Shown here one piece after another: positions 1-9,594 of a stretch of DNA of 64,000 nt. The number at the start of each line of letters is the position of its first letter. Position 1 is the first letter of the stretch. The notes under the pieces are model-generated. The model ran no database searches. It was given only the letters and a program-made list of their open reading frames with translations, and was not told the origin of the DNA. The stretch is from Savitreella phatthalungensis. Its lineage: Eukaryota. Both the position numbers and the translations under genes were made by a program. The stretch is from NCBI GenBank assembly GCA_051599415.1, contig AP039690.1, positions 744,001 to 808,000 of the forward strand, read 5' to 3'.

Positions 1-368
1 TGGTCGATTTTGCTTGGCGTCTGGTGCAGCGTGAACTAGAGTCGCCAAAATTTATGGAGCCGCAGCAACCAGGTGGCCGGGGCGACCTTGAACTCGACTG
101 CGGAAATTGCTGAACTTCAAATTGAGAGGCAAATATTGCGAGTAGAGGCAAGCACAACTGGCGGGCGTTATGATGCAATCGTTACTATGAGAGGACGGCC
201 TGTACGCCGTGATAGACAAATGCTGCAGACACTATAGCTGCGCTTGATCCTGCCAATTTGAGTGACATGGTTAATCCATCAAGAAGCAGACAGTAATGAA
301 GTGGAAAGCTGTGGATGAGGTTGGGTACGTGAATCGTTCATCATAAAAAGCTCGAAGACTTAAGGAGC

Positions 369-1852
369 TCAGTGGCCGTCGAGACGCGGCATGCGCTCCA
401 GGCTCTCGAGTAGGAGATCCAGCTCTCGGAAGTTTTCAGTCGTGTTGGCGTATTGACGATGCTGAGGCGTCTTGATGTGCTGCTGAAAGTCGGTAAATTT
501 GGCTCTGCAGTTCTCGCAATATCCTTCACGATTGTCAACCACTTTGATGCGTTTCGAATCGGTAGGGTCGATGCTGTTGGTCAAGCCTGAAGCAGCTGCA
601 ATCTCTTGCTGTTGTTTTTGAGCTGCCGCTGTAAGCGTTGGCTTCGTTGTTGAGCCAGTGGCTGTTGTAGCTGGCGGTATCATGGTCCTTGTCTTTGACG
701 TCACCGCCTTCTTTTGCAAATTTGCGAGCATAGCAGAGTTGTTATTATTACCAACCACGGAGCCACTTAGGTGATGCGTGGCCGACCTGATGTTAGATTG
801 GATGGCAGAGGTGATGGAGTGCATGCCCGATGCGTATGCAGTGCCGCCGTTGTTCATCGACATCGAACGCTCGAGGAATGGTACTCGTGTCGCTACGGGC
901 GTGGATTCCCGTGCTTCCGCAACAATATCCCTGACAAAAGGACACCTGCCTGGTCGTGTCATTCGCCATTGCGGCCAATCGCCTTCTCTAGCATCTCGAA
1001 CGGGTGCCCACTCCCGGTGCATGATGGGGCGGAACTGCTCGGACATGTCTCGGACGAGGATGTAAGGTCCCTGAAACGGAATGACCTCATTTTGTCCGAG
1101 GTGACGATCACGCCAGAGAGTCGTCGACAGGGTCTGCGCTTTGTATTGAGCGGGATGTTGCTGCGCAAAAATGGACTTTAGGATGTCACGCAGCTTACGC
1201 AGCGGCCAGATGCGCATTTTGAAGATCTGTGCTTTTACGAGAATGTCCTGCATGTCACTGTGAGGAATAGGTCAGTAGCAATTCACAATTATGGCAGCAT
1301 GCACTGGGAGGCTTACCTGGCGTTTGCGACGTCGGGCATAGTAGGCACATCCCGTGTGGTAATGACGTGCGTAACCGTCCGATCGAAGAATGGAGATACT
1401 TGTCCACGGAGTCCCTCGACGCGTCTCCGATACTTATATGCTTCCTCTTCAGTGACAGCATCAAAGTAGAGACGCATTGTCGGGAGCGCTTTGCGGTACT
1501 GCTCGCACCATTGCGCGATAAGTTGTTCGTGTGACGCGCGAGCAGATGCCTCCTTACTCGCTGCTTTCTGTTGAGCCTCGTCATTTTGTGCTGTACGCTC
1601 GACAGACTGCGCTTGTGTAGATTGCTGGAGTGTTGCCTGTTGCTGACGCGCAGTACGAGCTGTAGTTAGGTCATTGAAGGTCTTTAATCTCTTCGGCTCG
1701 AGCTGAAGAGCTTCTTCGAGCTGAGCATCCCGTCTGACATCCTCTCTGTTGCTGAACAGGCGCTTTCGGATGTTCTCCTTGCCTGGCTGAATGGGTTGTG
1801 ACGGGACTGGGATGTTTGTAGACTTCTTGGTGAGGACCTGTCGACTGGCCAT
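369..1852 (-). CDS. DBF4: Dbf4/Dfp1 regulatory subunit of Cdc7/Hsk1 kinase; two exons (1852-1317, 1257-369)
   Basis: ORFs 1313..1894 and 369..1253 join in frame across a 59-nt intron. BRCT-like motif N (LYFDAV...VSPFFDRTVTHVITTR), motif M (GPYILVRDMSEQFRPIMHREW) and C-terminal DBF4 zinc finger (GYCENCRAKF...HIKTPQH). First ATG at 1852 (MASRQVL); the track start is a GTG. Confidence 0.92.
1258..1316 (-). other. Spliceosomal intron in DBF4
   Basis: Minus strand GTAAGC donor, TACTGAC branch point and CAG acceptor. Removal gives ...ANA-S-D-MQDIL in frame. Confidence 0.92.
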
Positions 1853-1892
1853 GGCCGGTAGACTTTGTCCACCGATGCCAGAGGGTAGCGTC

Positions 1893-2376
1893 ACGCGAAT
1901 GACGCGTCCTCGACCTGTCTATGCCTCGTCAGAAGACCTCAGGAAGGTACCTTGTGCTGTGATTTTGACGCGGTCACGTCGAACGAGTATAGGTGAATTC
2001 CTTATACGCAGTGTAAGAGAGAGAATAGAGAGAGGAGTGTCAGGTTAGACTTGTGTGTATGGATGGATGAAATGGATGGCTGTATCCGGGTTTGGAAAGT
2101 TATTATGGAGCTCAACTACAGTTTGGAGTTTTCCTATACTAAGTACTCTGTACATGGCCAGTATAGTTACATTCGAGTACTATAGTTGACTCGCTGATTT
2201 GATCCCAGAATCAGTTTGTTTTTCTCAACTACGTGATCCAGTTTAGTAAATGAAAATCAAGCACAGCATTTGGAAGTGAGAGTGCGTTTGACGCGCCTGG
2301 AAACTCTCAAATTATTGGATTTGTGATGCAGGAGTCTGGCTGGACTGAGTCGAATGAAACGCGCTCGCATACGCGA
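1893..2376. promoter_or_regulatory. Cluster of MCB-like ACGCG(T) elements upstream of DBF4
   Basis: ACGCG cores at 1893, 1902 (perfect ACGCGT), 1968, 2291, 2359 and 2371. Confidence 0.5.
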
Positions 2377-2844
2377 TTTTTGACTTGTTGATTGTTCATC
2401 TCTAAGATTACCTGAATCAAATCAAAGTAATATTACAGAATAACACTGGATGCAGGAGAAACAATAATTCAGCGCAAAGAATTGACTGAAAATCTGATTC
2501 TATATGAAAAGTTGGAGTTTCAATACACGAGAGAGAGAGAGAAATGAGAGTTTCCTTACCTACCACTGGTTTCAGAGGCCTGCATCCCACTCACACGGAC
2601 ATTTGAATGAGACTCGGAATTTGGCAAATGACGTAGTTTGACGCAGGCAAGACCTAACTCCACTGTGATCTAATGAATGATGATTTTGTCAGGAGCGGCG
2701 ATGATTAGACTAGCTCCACAGATCGTTGACAATTGTAATCCGAGCACGGTCAGGCAAACTGAATGCCAGAATTCAATTGTCTACAGAGAAAGTAGCCACA
2801 GTAGAAAGGTATCATTCTCTGTCGGCTATACTAACTCACTCGCC

Positions 2845-2880
2845 CACTCACTCACTCACTCACTCACTCACTCACTCACT
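2845..2880 (+). repeat. (CACT)9 microsatellite upstream of GLO1
   Basis: Nine perfect CACT units with degenerate flanks at about 2834-2891. Confidence 0.95.
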
Positions 2881-3119
2881 CGCTCACTCACCTACGCACT
2901 CTCTTACTCGCTCACCCACTGCCATCGTCAATCTGCAAGTGCTGTAGCTATCCATTCATTGCCACTCCACTCCACTCCACCTCGAATCAATCTGTCATAC
3001 ATTCTCTCATTCAATCACACACGCACACACACACACTCTCTCTCACAATCCCGATTTGTAGCATTACTCTACTCTCTCTCACAGCCGTCCAACACAATAC
3101 CTTGGAGGAAAGTCCTTAC

Positions 3120-4106
3120 ATGTACCGTACAAGACAGCTGGCAAGTCATCTCAAACAGCACGCTTCAAACATGTCCACCGCCACAGCTACAGCAGCCAAC
3201 CCTTCTGGCAATGTCTTCAACCACACAATGGTCAGAGTCCTTAGTGCACAGAAGAGCATCGACTTTTACAGCAAGCACTTTGGCATGAAGCACATTGACA
3301 ACCACAAGGGAGGAGATTTCCAGCTCGACTTTCTCGCTTTCCAGACACCTGAAGAGGCCGGCGTTGCAAAGCGTTCACACCTGCAGGGCATTCTCGAGCT
3401 GACTGAGAACTACGGACGAACTGAACCGTACAAGACCGGTTCGGAGGATGGTCTGAAGGGATTCAACCACGTCGCCTTCAGCTTCAAAGGTGACTTGGAA
3501 GCTGAATGCGAGCGATTGAAAGCTGCTGGTGTGGAAGTCACAAAGACACCGTCCGGTGGAAAGATGAAGGGTATCGCATTCGTCAAGGACGTCGATGGAT
3601 ACAGTATCGAGCTTGTTCAGGGAGCGGACGACCAGAAGACTGCCTATGAGTTCGATCACACATGTCTGCGAGTGAAGGATCCAGAGCCTGTGATCAAGTC
3701 ACTTGTTGAGGACTTTGGCATGTCAGTCGTCCGACGTGCCAAATTCCCTGACATGAAGTTCGACCTTGTCTTTTTAGGCTACGATGCCCCACACGACGAG
3801 CCCGAGATTGAGCGGATGACAAATGTCAACCCACGCAGCAGCGCCAAGACACGTGCGCCTGAGATTGAACTGACAGTCAACTATGACATGCCCGAGGGGC
3901 AGTCCAAGTACTTTAACGGCAATGAGGAAGAGGCAAAGGGTTTTGGACACATTGCGATTGCTATGCCAGATATCGAGAACGCGTGCAAGCGTCTGGAGGA
4001 ACGGGGCGTCAAGTTCCAGAAGCGACTGACAGACGGCAAGATGAAGCACATCGCCTTCGCCCTCACCCCCGGAGACAACTACTGGGTCGAGATCATCCCT
4101 GCATAA
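3120..4106 (+). CDS. GLO1: Glyoxalase I (lactoylglutathione lyase), monomeric two-domain fungal type
   Basis: Two VOC repeats: FNHTMVRV...SIDFY...LELTENYG...GFNHVAF...IAFVKDVDGYSIEL and FDHTCLRVKDP...ELTVNY...GFGHIAI...IAFALTPGDNYWVEII. ATGs at 3120 and 3171; the track start at 3102 is TTG. Confidence 0.93.
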   Translation: MYRTRQLASHLKQHASNMSTATATAANPSGNVFNHTMVRVLSAQKSIDFYSKHFGMKHIDNHKGGDFQLDFLAFQTPEEAGVAKRSHLQGILELTENYGRTEPYKTGSEDGLKGFNHVAFSFKGDLEAECERLKAAGVEVTKTPSGGKMKGIAFVKDVDGYSIELVQGADDQKTAYEFDHTCLRVKDPEPVIKSLVEDFGMSVVRRAKFPDMKFDLVFLGYDAPHDEPEIERMTNVNPRSSAKTRAPEIELTVNYDMPEGQSKYFNGNEEEAKGFGHIAIAMPDIENACKRLEERGVKFQKRLTDGKMKHIAFALTPGDNYWVEIIPA

Positions 4107-4189
4107 GAAGAAAACGTAGTTTGGTCTCTAAAATAAAATAAATCCATATGTGCAAGCTCTTTTAAGTTTTGTGAGGCTTCTCGATTTCA

Positions 4190-5230
4190 TCACAGGCGAG
4201 CGTGGTCTGGAGATGTGACCTCGACCATCATCTTACCAGTGTTTGCAGACTTGAAGAGTGCTGAGAGCGCTCCTGGTGCCTTACGAAGACCTCCCTTGAC
4301 GACGGTCTCCTGCTTGACCATCTTTCCCTGCTCGTACCACTGAGCCATCTGGGCGAGTGCGCGTGGGTAGTCCTTTGCGTAGTCGAACACGATGAACCCC
4401 TGCATGCGGATCCGCATCGAGATGATGTACGTGTATGCCGCTGGACCCTTGGCGTCCTTGCCAGCCTCGTACTGTGAAATTGCGCCGCAGATGACAAACA
4501 CAGCGTTCTGAGCAGCACGCTTCAGGCAGGCGTCCAGGATATCGCCACCGACGTTGTCGAAGAAGCAGTCGATGTAGTTGGGCGTTGCCCGTTTCAAGTC
4601 AGCCCAGAAGGTCTTTGACTTGTAGCTGACTGCGTCGTCGAATCCCACAGATTTCAAGAAGTCACACTTCTCCTGCGACCCGGCGATACCAACAACACGG
4701 TGACCAAGGATCTTGGCGATCTGGCCTGCTGCGAGACCTGTGGCGCCGGCAGCGCCAGAGACGACGACGGTGCTTGGTTTTGTGAGTTTTGCAACCTCGG
4801 TCATGCCGAAGTAGGCCGTGAGGGAGGTCATTCCGAGCACGCTCAGGTAGTCTCGAGCGACAATCTTGCCCTTGCCGGCGAGGGGAAGCTTCTGAGCGGT
4901 CTTGGCATCAATCACAGCGTACTCAGTCCAGCCAGGCGTGCAGTTCACAGACTCCCCAACAGAGAACCTGGACGACTTGCTCGCCACCACAGTCGCCACG
5001 CCACCGCTACGCATCACCTCACCAATTCCGACTGGTGGCACGTACGATCGAGCGTCGTTTAACCACCCGCGCATCGCAGGATCGATCGAGAGGTAGTCAA
5101 CCCGGACGAGAAGTTGGCCATCCTTGAGAGATGCTGGGTCGATTGCAGGATTTGATCGTTCTTCGAATGTGTCTGGTCTAATTTCTGCAGCAGGCCGCTC
5201 ACGCAGATGGATGGATGTGAAGGTCGACAT
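4190..5230 (-). CDS. NADP-dependent alkenal/enone reductase (PTGR/LTB4DH-like, MDR family) with C-terminal PTS1 (ARL)
   Basis: YLSIDPAMRGWL, LSVLGMTSLTAYFG, VVVSGAAGATG, FFDNVGG, CGAISQY, NTGKM motifs; ends -HARL*. Confidence 0.9.
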   Translation of the reverse strand: MSTFTSIHLRERPAAEIRPDTFEERSNPAIDPASLKDGQLLVRVDYLSIDPAMRGWLNDARSYVPPVGIGEVMRSGGVATVVASKSSRFSVGESVNCTPGWTEYAVIDAKTAQKLPLAGKGKIVARDYLSVLGMTSLTAYFGMTEVAKLTKPSTVVVSGAAGATGLAAGQIAKILGHRVVGIAGSQEKCDFLKSVGFDDAVSYKSKTFWADLKRATPNYIDCFFDNVGGDILDACLKRAAQNAVFVICGAISQYEAGKDAKGPAAYTYIISMRIRMQGFIVFDYAKDYPRALAQMAQWYEQGKMVKQETVVKGGLRKAPGALSALFKSANTGKMMVEVTSPDHARL

Positions 5231-5620
5231 TGTGTCAAGTTATGTGGGATTGTGGATGTAGATCAGTAGGGGTTGAGCAAGAGAGATTTGCTAGTACTTA
5301 TACGCTGTATAAGCTATTGAGGTCGTGTGAGTTGAACGGATGAGTGAGTGAGTGACTGAGAAGGGGAAGAGATCTTGGTAGAGTGAGTTGTCGCTTAGCA
5401 ATCAAAGACAGTAGAAAGTGTGTTGTAGTAGACTGCTGAGGTCTACAGTCGGTAAGATTAATGATCTTAAGATGCCCCACCTGATTAATAGATCCTAGGT
5501 AGCTATGCATATGGGACAGATTGTTAGGAAGTCCGAGAGCGCTGTACTGTAAGCACCTTAGTCAAAAACTCTGAACTTACTAAATTTAGAGTCAATCCGG
5601 GTTTGTATGCAAGTCCGAAT

Positions 5621-5672
5621 GTGTGTGAGAGTGTGTAAGTGAGTGTGTGTGAGTGTGTGTGAGTGTGTGTGG
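5621..5672. repeat. GT/GA-rich microsatellite including (GAGTGTGTGT)3
   Basis: Read directly at 5641-5670 with degenerate flanks. Confidence 0.9.
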
Positions 5673-6457
5673 GTGAGCCTGAAAAATGAGTCTCGGCATC
5701 GGCGTCTGCCTAAATTGAAGAGACTGCACTCTAGTTGAATTAGGTTGATTTAGTTCGATTTTGAATTTTCAAATTATGCCGACGGTCCGAGGAAGCGAGC
5801 CGGAGTTCTGAGTAAACTTAATTTAATTTTATCACCTTGACCTCCGATCAGAATCGAATCAAAAGAGTTCACTATCTTCAGAAGAATTGAACAAATGAAT
5901 ATTCCTTGTCCGCGGCTTTCTCCACAATTCAAATAAACCGATCATATTCAACTCTGGAAACAGATGGATCCAGAGTTGATCCTTTCAAACTCGGTCGGAA
6001 AATAATCCGCTATAGTTGCATCAAAATCACATGTGTACATACATCTCAACTGCAGTCAATCAATTCAACTTCCCACCTACCAAACGAAATCTCCACGGGA
6101 TACACACACAAACGAATACATGGGAATTCAACACACTCAATCTCAAATGCATCGGTATATATGCAAGTTGACTTGATACTCACTGGATGCACACAAGTCT
6201 ATTATACTTACGTCAATGCACGAGCACACCCACTTGATCAATCACCATCCTGGATAGAAGATGATGATACAGCAACCATGACCTTCAGCGTCGCATCCTC
6301 ATCGCATTCTTTGATTCCCTTCGCAGCTCATACATCTCTCTGCGCCGATTCACCCTAGCGCTGCTCACACACCCCGCGTTTCTGACCGCACACACCCTTT
6401 AGGCAACTGAGCACCAGTCATACCGTCCTCCTGAGCGCCTTCTGTCCACGCCTCGTC

Positions 6458-6463
6458 TATAAA
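6458..6463 (+). promoter_or_regulatory. TATA box of the GH2 gene
   Basis: TATAAA 24 nt before ATG 6482 and 60 nt before ATG 6518. Confidence 0.55.
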
Positions 6464-6481
6464 GAGCGCTTGCATCAGACC

Positions 6482-9400
6482 ATGCTTGCGCAACACCTCG
6501 AATCACAGAACGGCTACATGGAAGCACTCAAGCACATACCGGAGCATGAAGATCCGTCTGTCCAGCACGTCAATCGGCTACCAGCCCGAGCACACCTCTC
6601 AGTCATCCCCACAAAGGAGCGGCAGCTGAGTCTGAACGGATCCTGGCGATTCAGTATCGCGCCCACAACAACAGACTCCCTGAACTCCCCCACAAGCTGG
6701 TCGAAGATCGATGTCCCCGGCCACTGGCAGCTACAGGGATTTGGCGCACCACCTTGGTACACAAATCAATCATATCCATTCCCAGTTGATCCGCCACGCG
6801 TCTCGACAGCCAATGAAGTCGGGATCTACGAGCGCACATTTGAGCTACCCTCCAAATCATGGTACGACAAGCGTATCCTGCTACGCTTTGACGGTGTCGA
6901 CAGCGCTTTTCACGTCTACTTGAATGCCCACGAGATTGGCTTCTCAAAGGGCAGCAGGCTTGCTTCCGAATTCGACATCACCGAGCACGTGAAGACAAAT
7001 GGGAAGAACACGTTGCGTGTTCATGTCATCCGGTGGTCAGACGGATCTTACTTGGAAGACCAGGATCAGTGGTGGCTAAGTGGCATCTTTAGAGACGTCA
7101 CACTCCTCGCTTACAACAAATTAGGTAGTATCATCGACGTTCGGACACACAGCGGCTTCGACAAGGACTACAAGAATGCGACGTTGAACGTCTCGATCAA
7201 GACAAATGGCAGTGGCGGTGTCCTGAAAGCTGAGCTTATGGACTCTACTGCTCAAATTGTGGCCAACGCAATATCCGACCAAACATCAGGCGAGCTTATT
7301 ATATACGTCGCTAATTGTCTCACGTGGACCGCCGAGACCCCGAATCTGTACAAACTTAAGCTCGTTCTCCTCGACGCGGACAAATCTCCGATCGACGAGA
7401 CCCTACTCAACATCGGTCTGCGGGAAGTCAAAGTTCATGACAGACGCATAATGATCAATGGCAAACCCATACAGCTGCGAGGCGTCAATCGGCATGACCA
7501 CCACCCCAAGTACGGGCGTGCAGTACCGATCGACTTTGTCAGGCAGGATCTGATCACGATGAAGTCCAACAACATCAACGCCGTGCGTACCTCTCACTAC
7601 CCAAACGCGCCTGACGTATACGATCTGTTCGATGAGCTTGGCTTCTATGTCATGGCAGAGTGTGATCTTGAGTGTCACGGATTTGACGTGACATCCAGTC
7701 CGGCAAAATGGACATCAGATAATCCAGTGTGGCGAAAAGCATACCTCGACAGGATCGAGCGCACTGTCCTGCGCGACTACAATCATGCGAGCATTTTTGC
7801 ATGGTCGCTCGGTAATGAGAGCTTTCTAGGAAGAAATCATCGATCCATGGCAGCATGGATCAGAGACGTCGACCCGTCACGATTAGTCCATTACGAGCCG
7901 GACAGTCGGCCTGATTTCACCGACTTTCGAAGCGCCATGTACCGGACGCCGGAGGATTTGACGGACATGTGTAAAGACTCGACATCCCCGGTCATTTTGT
8001 GTGAGTATGGCCACGCAATGGGAAATGGTCCTGGTTCACTCGAGGAGTATCGGAAAGTCTTCGAAACAGAGCGGGCAGCTGCAGGCGGCTTCATTTGGGA
8101 GTGGGCCAGTCACGGACTGCTTCAGAAGACGAGCGAGGGTGTTCCGTTCATGGCCCATGGTGGTGATTTTCCAACAGAGCCAAACGACGGCAACTTTGTA
8201 CTCGACGGCCTTTGCGACTCTGATCACGTCCCGCAGCCGACCCTTGCACAACTCAAGCACGCCTACAGGCCTGTAGACGTCGTTCTCAAGGACGGTCAAC
8301 TCGTTTTTACAAATGCGCACGCACACGTCAGCCTGAGCAGGCTCACCTGCACGTACGAGCTCTACAAGGTCTCCTTAAGAGACCGTGCACGTGGTCTGCT
8401 CGGCTCAGGAAAGCTTACATTGCCAATCCTTTCACCGGGCGAAACTGGCTGTGTCAAAGTCCCTCGTCCTGGTCCGATCCGTGGCGACGACGAGCATATT
8501 TTGAGAATCACGCTGACAGACGATGCGCCGCGGATTGCGGAACTTGCACCCAAGCACGAGGTCGCGTCCTTCTCATTCCTTATAACACCTTGGCGGAAAC
8601 CCGATCTCCCGTCCTCTCAGCTTTCCAAGATGACCATCGTCGACGACTCCGCAACGTTCGAGGTTGTCGGGCCTCGAGCCACCTTCCGTTTCGATAAGCG
8701 GTACGGATGTCTGGTAGGCTGGATGCACGACGGTCGTCATGTGATGCCTGAATGGTCTACCTCAGCTACTCCTGATTCGCGGTCGGGAGGCTTGCGCTCT
8801 GGCTTCTGGAGAGCTCCGATCGACAACGATCTAAGAGGCACTGACGCCGCTTACTGGAAATCTCTTGGCGTCGATCGCCTTTCCGAGTCCGTGCGTGATG
8901 TCTCACTCGACTCATCAGATCCCACACGCGTCCGTGTGAGCGTATCGTCATCGTGGGCACCCACGGGCAAAGCATGGCGTTTCGACATCCTCACACGCTA
9001 CCTGATTTCCATGACGGAAGACGGCAAGTCGATTCTCCAACTCGACCAAATTGTGACCCCTGCGTCCCTGGAACCGTCGACGGAGATGCCAGACACCCTT
9101 CCTCGGTCAGGTCTCAACTTTCCCCTGGCCGCAGGATTCGATACGTGCGAGTGGTCTGGCCTCGGACCATCGCAATCGTACCCTGACGCCTGTGCTGGGT
9201 GTGTGGTCAATCTCCACATCCTGCCTACCGACAAGATGTTCTACAGGTACGAGTCACCACAGGAATCTGGCAATCGCCATGCAACCCGCTGGTTCTCTCT
9301 TGTCAAACAGGCTGGATACTTCAACAGGCAGATCGTCCTCCGTGGGTACGCCACTACCCAAGACCTTTTCGACTTTGCCGTACTCCCCTACGCCGATGCC

Positions 9401-9586
9401 GAAATCGAGAAAGCCAAGCACCCACACGAGCTGCAATCACTCCCATCAGCAACCATGATCCTGAGACTCGATAGGCAAGTTAACGGTCTGGGATCAGGCG
9501 CTTGTGGACCAGGTGTGCGGGATGAGTACAAGAACAAGGTGAAGAAGTATCGATTCGGTGTAGTGCTAGAGGCGAGTGCCTACTGA
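6482..9586 (+). CDS. Beta-galactosidase, glycoside hydrolase family 2 (LacZ/EbgA/Lac4-type), intracellular
   Basis: VNRLPARA, VPGHWQLQG, YLEDQDQWWLSGIFRDV, RGVNRHDHHP, NAVRTSHYP, acid/base WSLGNE, nucleophile ILCEYGHAMGNG, GGFIWEW, PQESGN, C-terminal GLGSGACGP. No signal peptide. Start is 6482 or 6518. Confidence 0.93.
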   Translation: MLAQHLESQNGYMEALKHIPEHEDPSVQHVNRLPARAHLSVIPTKERQLSLNGSWRFSIAPTTTDSLNSPTSWSKIDVPGHWQLQGFGAPPWYTNQSYPFPVDPPRVSTANEVGIYERTFELPSKSWYDKRILLRFDGVDSAFHVYLNAHEIGFSKGSRLASEFDITEHVKTNGKNTLRVHVIRWSDGSYLEDQDQWWLSGIFRDVTLLAYNKLGSIIDVRTHSGFDKDYKNATLNVSIKTNGSGGVLKAELMDSTAQIVANAISDQTSGELIIYVANCLTWTAETPNLYKLKLVLLDADKSPIDETLLNIGLREVKVHDRRIMINGKPIQLRGVNRHDHHPKYGRAVPIDFVRQDLITMKSNNINAVRTSHYPNAPDVYDLFDELGFYVMAECDLECHGFDVTSSPAKWTSDNPVWRKAYLDRIERTVLRDYNHASIFAWSLGNESFLGRNHRSMAAWIRDVDPSRLVHYEPDSRPDFTDFRSAMYRTPEDLTDMCKDSTSPVILCEYGHAMGNGPGSLEEYRKVFETERAAAGGFIWEWASHGLLQKTSEGVPFMAHGGDFPTEPNDGNFVLDGLCDSDHVPQPTLAQLKHAYRPVDVVLKDGQLVFTNAHAHVSLSRLTCTYELYKVSLRDRARGLLGSGKLTLPILSPGETGCVKVPRPGPIRGDDEHILRITLTDDAPRIAELAPKHEVASFSFLITPWRKPDLPSSQLSKMTIVDDSATFEVVGPRATFRFDKRYGCLVGWMHDGRHVMPEWSTSATPDSRSGGLRSGFWRAPIDNDLRGTDAAYWKSLGVDRLSESVRDVSLDSSDPTRVRVSVSSSWAPTGKAWRFDILTRYLISMTEDGKSILQLDQIVTPASLEPSTEMPDTLPRSGLNFPLAAGFDTCEWSGLGPSQSYPDACAGCVVNLHILPTDKMFYRYESPQESGNRHATRWFSLVKQAGYFNRQIVLRGYATTQDLFDFAVLPYADAEIEKAKHPHELQSLPSATMILRLDRQVNGLGSGACGPGVRDEYKNKVKKYRFGVVLEASAY

Positions 9587-9594
9587 ATGGATTC

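Noticed and set aside
1..340. Possible gene fragment at the left edge
   Set aside because: Only short open frames with no recognisable motif; cannot be judged without the adjacent window.
2677..2762. Possible C/D-box snoRNA (ATGATGA...CTGA)
   Set aside because: No terminal stem and no rRNA-complementary guide that I could recognise.
2677..3288. 203-aa ORF with (HSLT)n repeats
   Set aside because: Translation of the CACT microsatellite and C/A-rich leader; overlaps GLO1 out of frame.
5906..6358. 150-aa ORF upstream of the GH2 gene
   Set aside because: Non-ATG start, promoter-like composition and no recognisable motifs.
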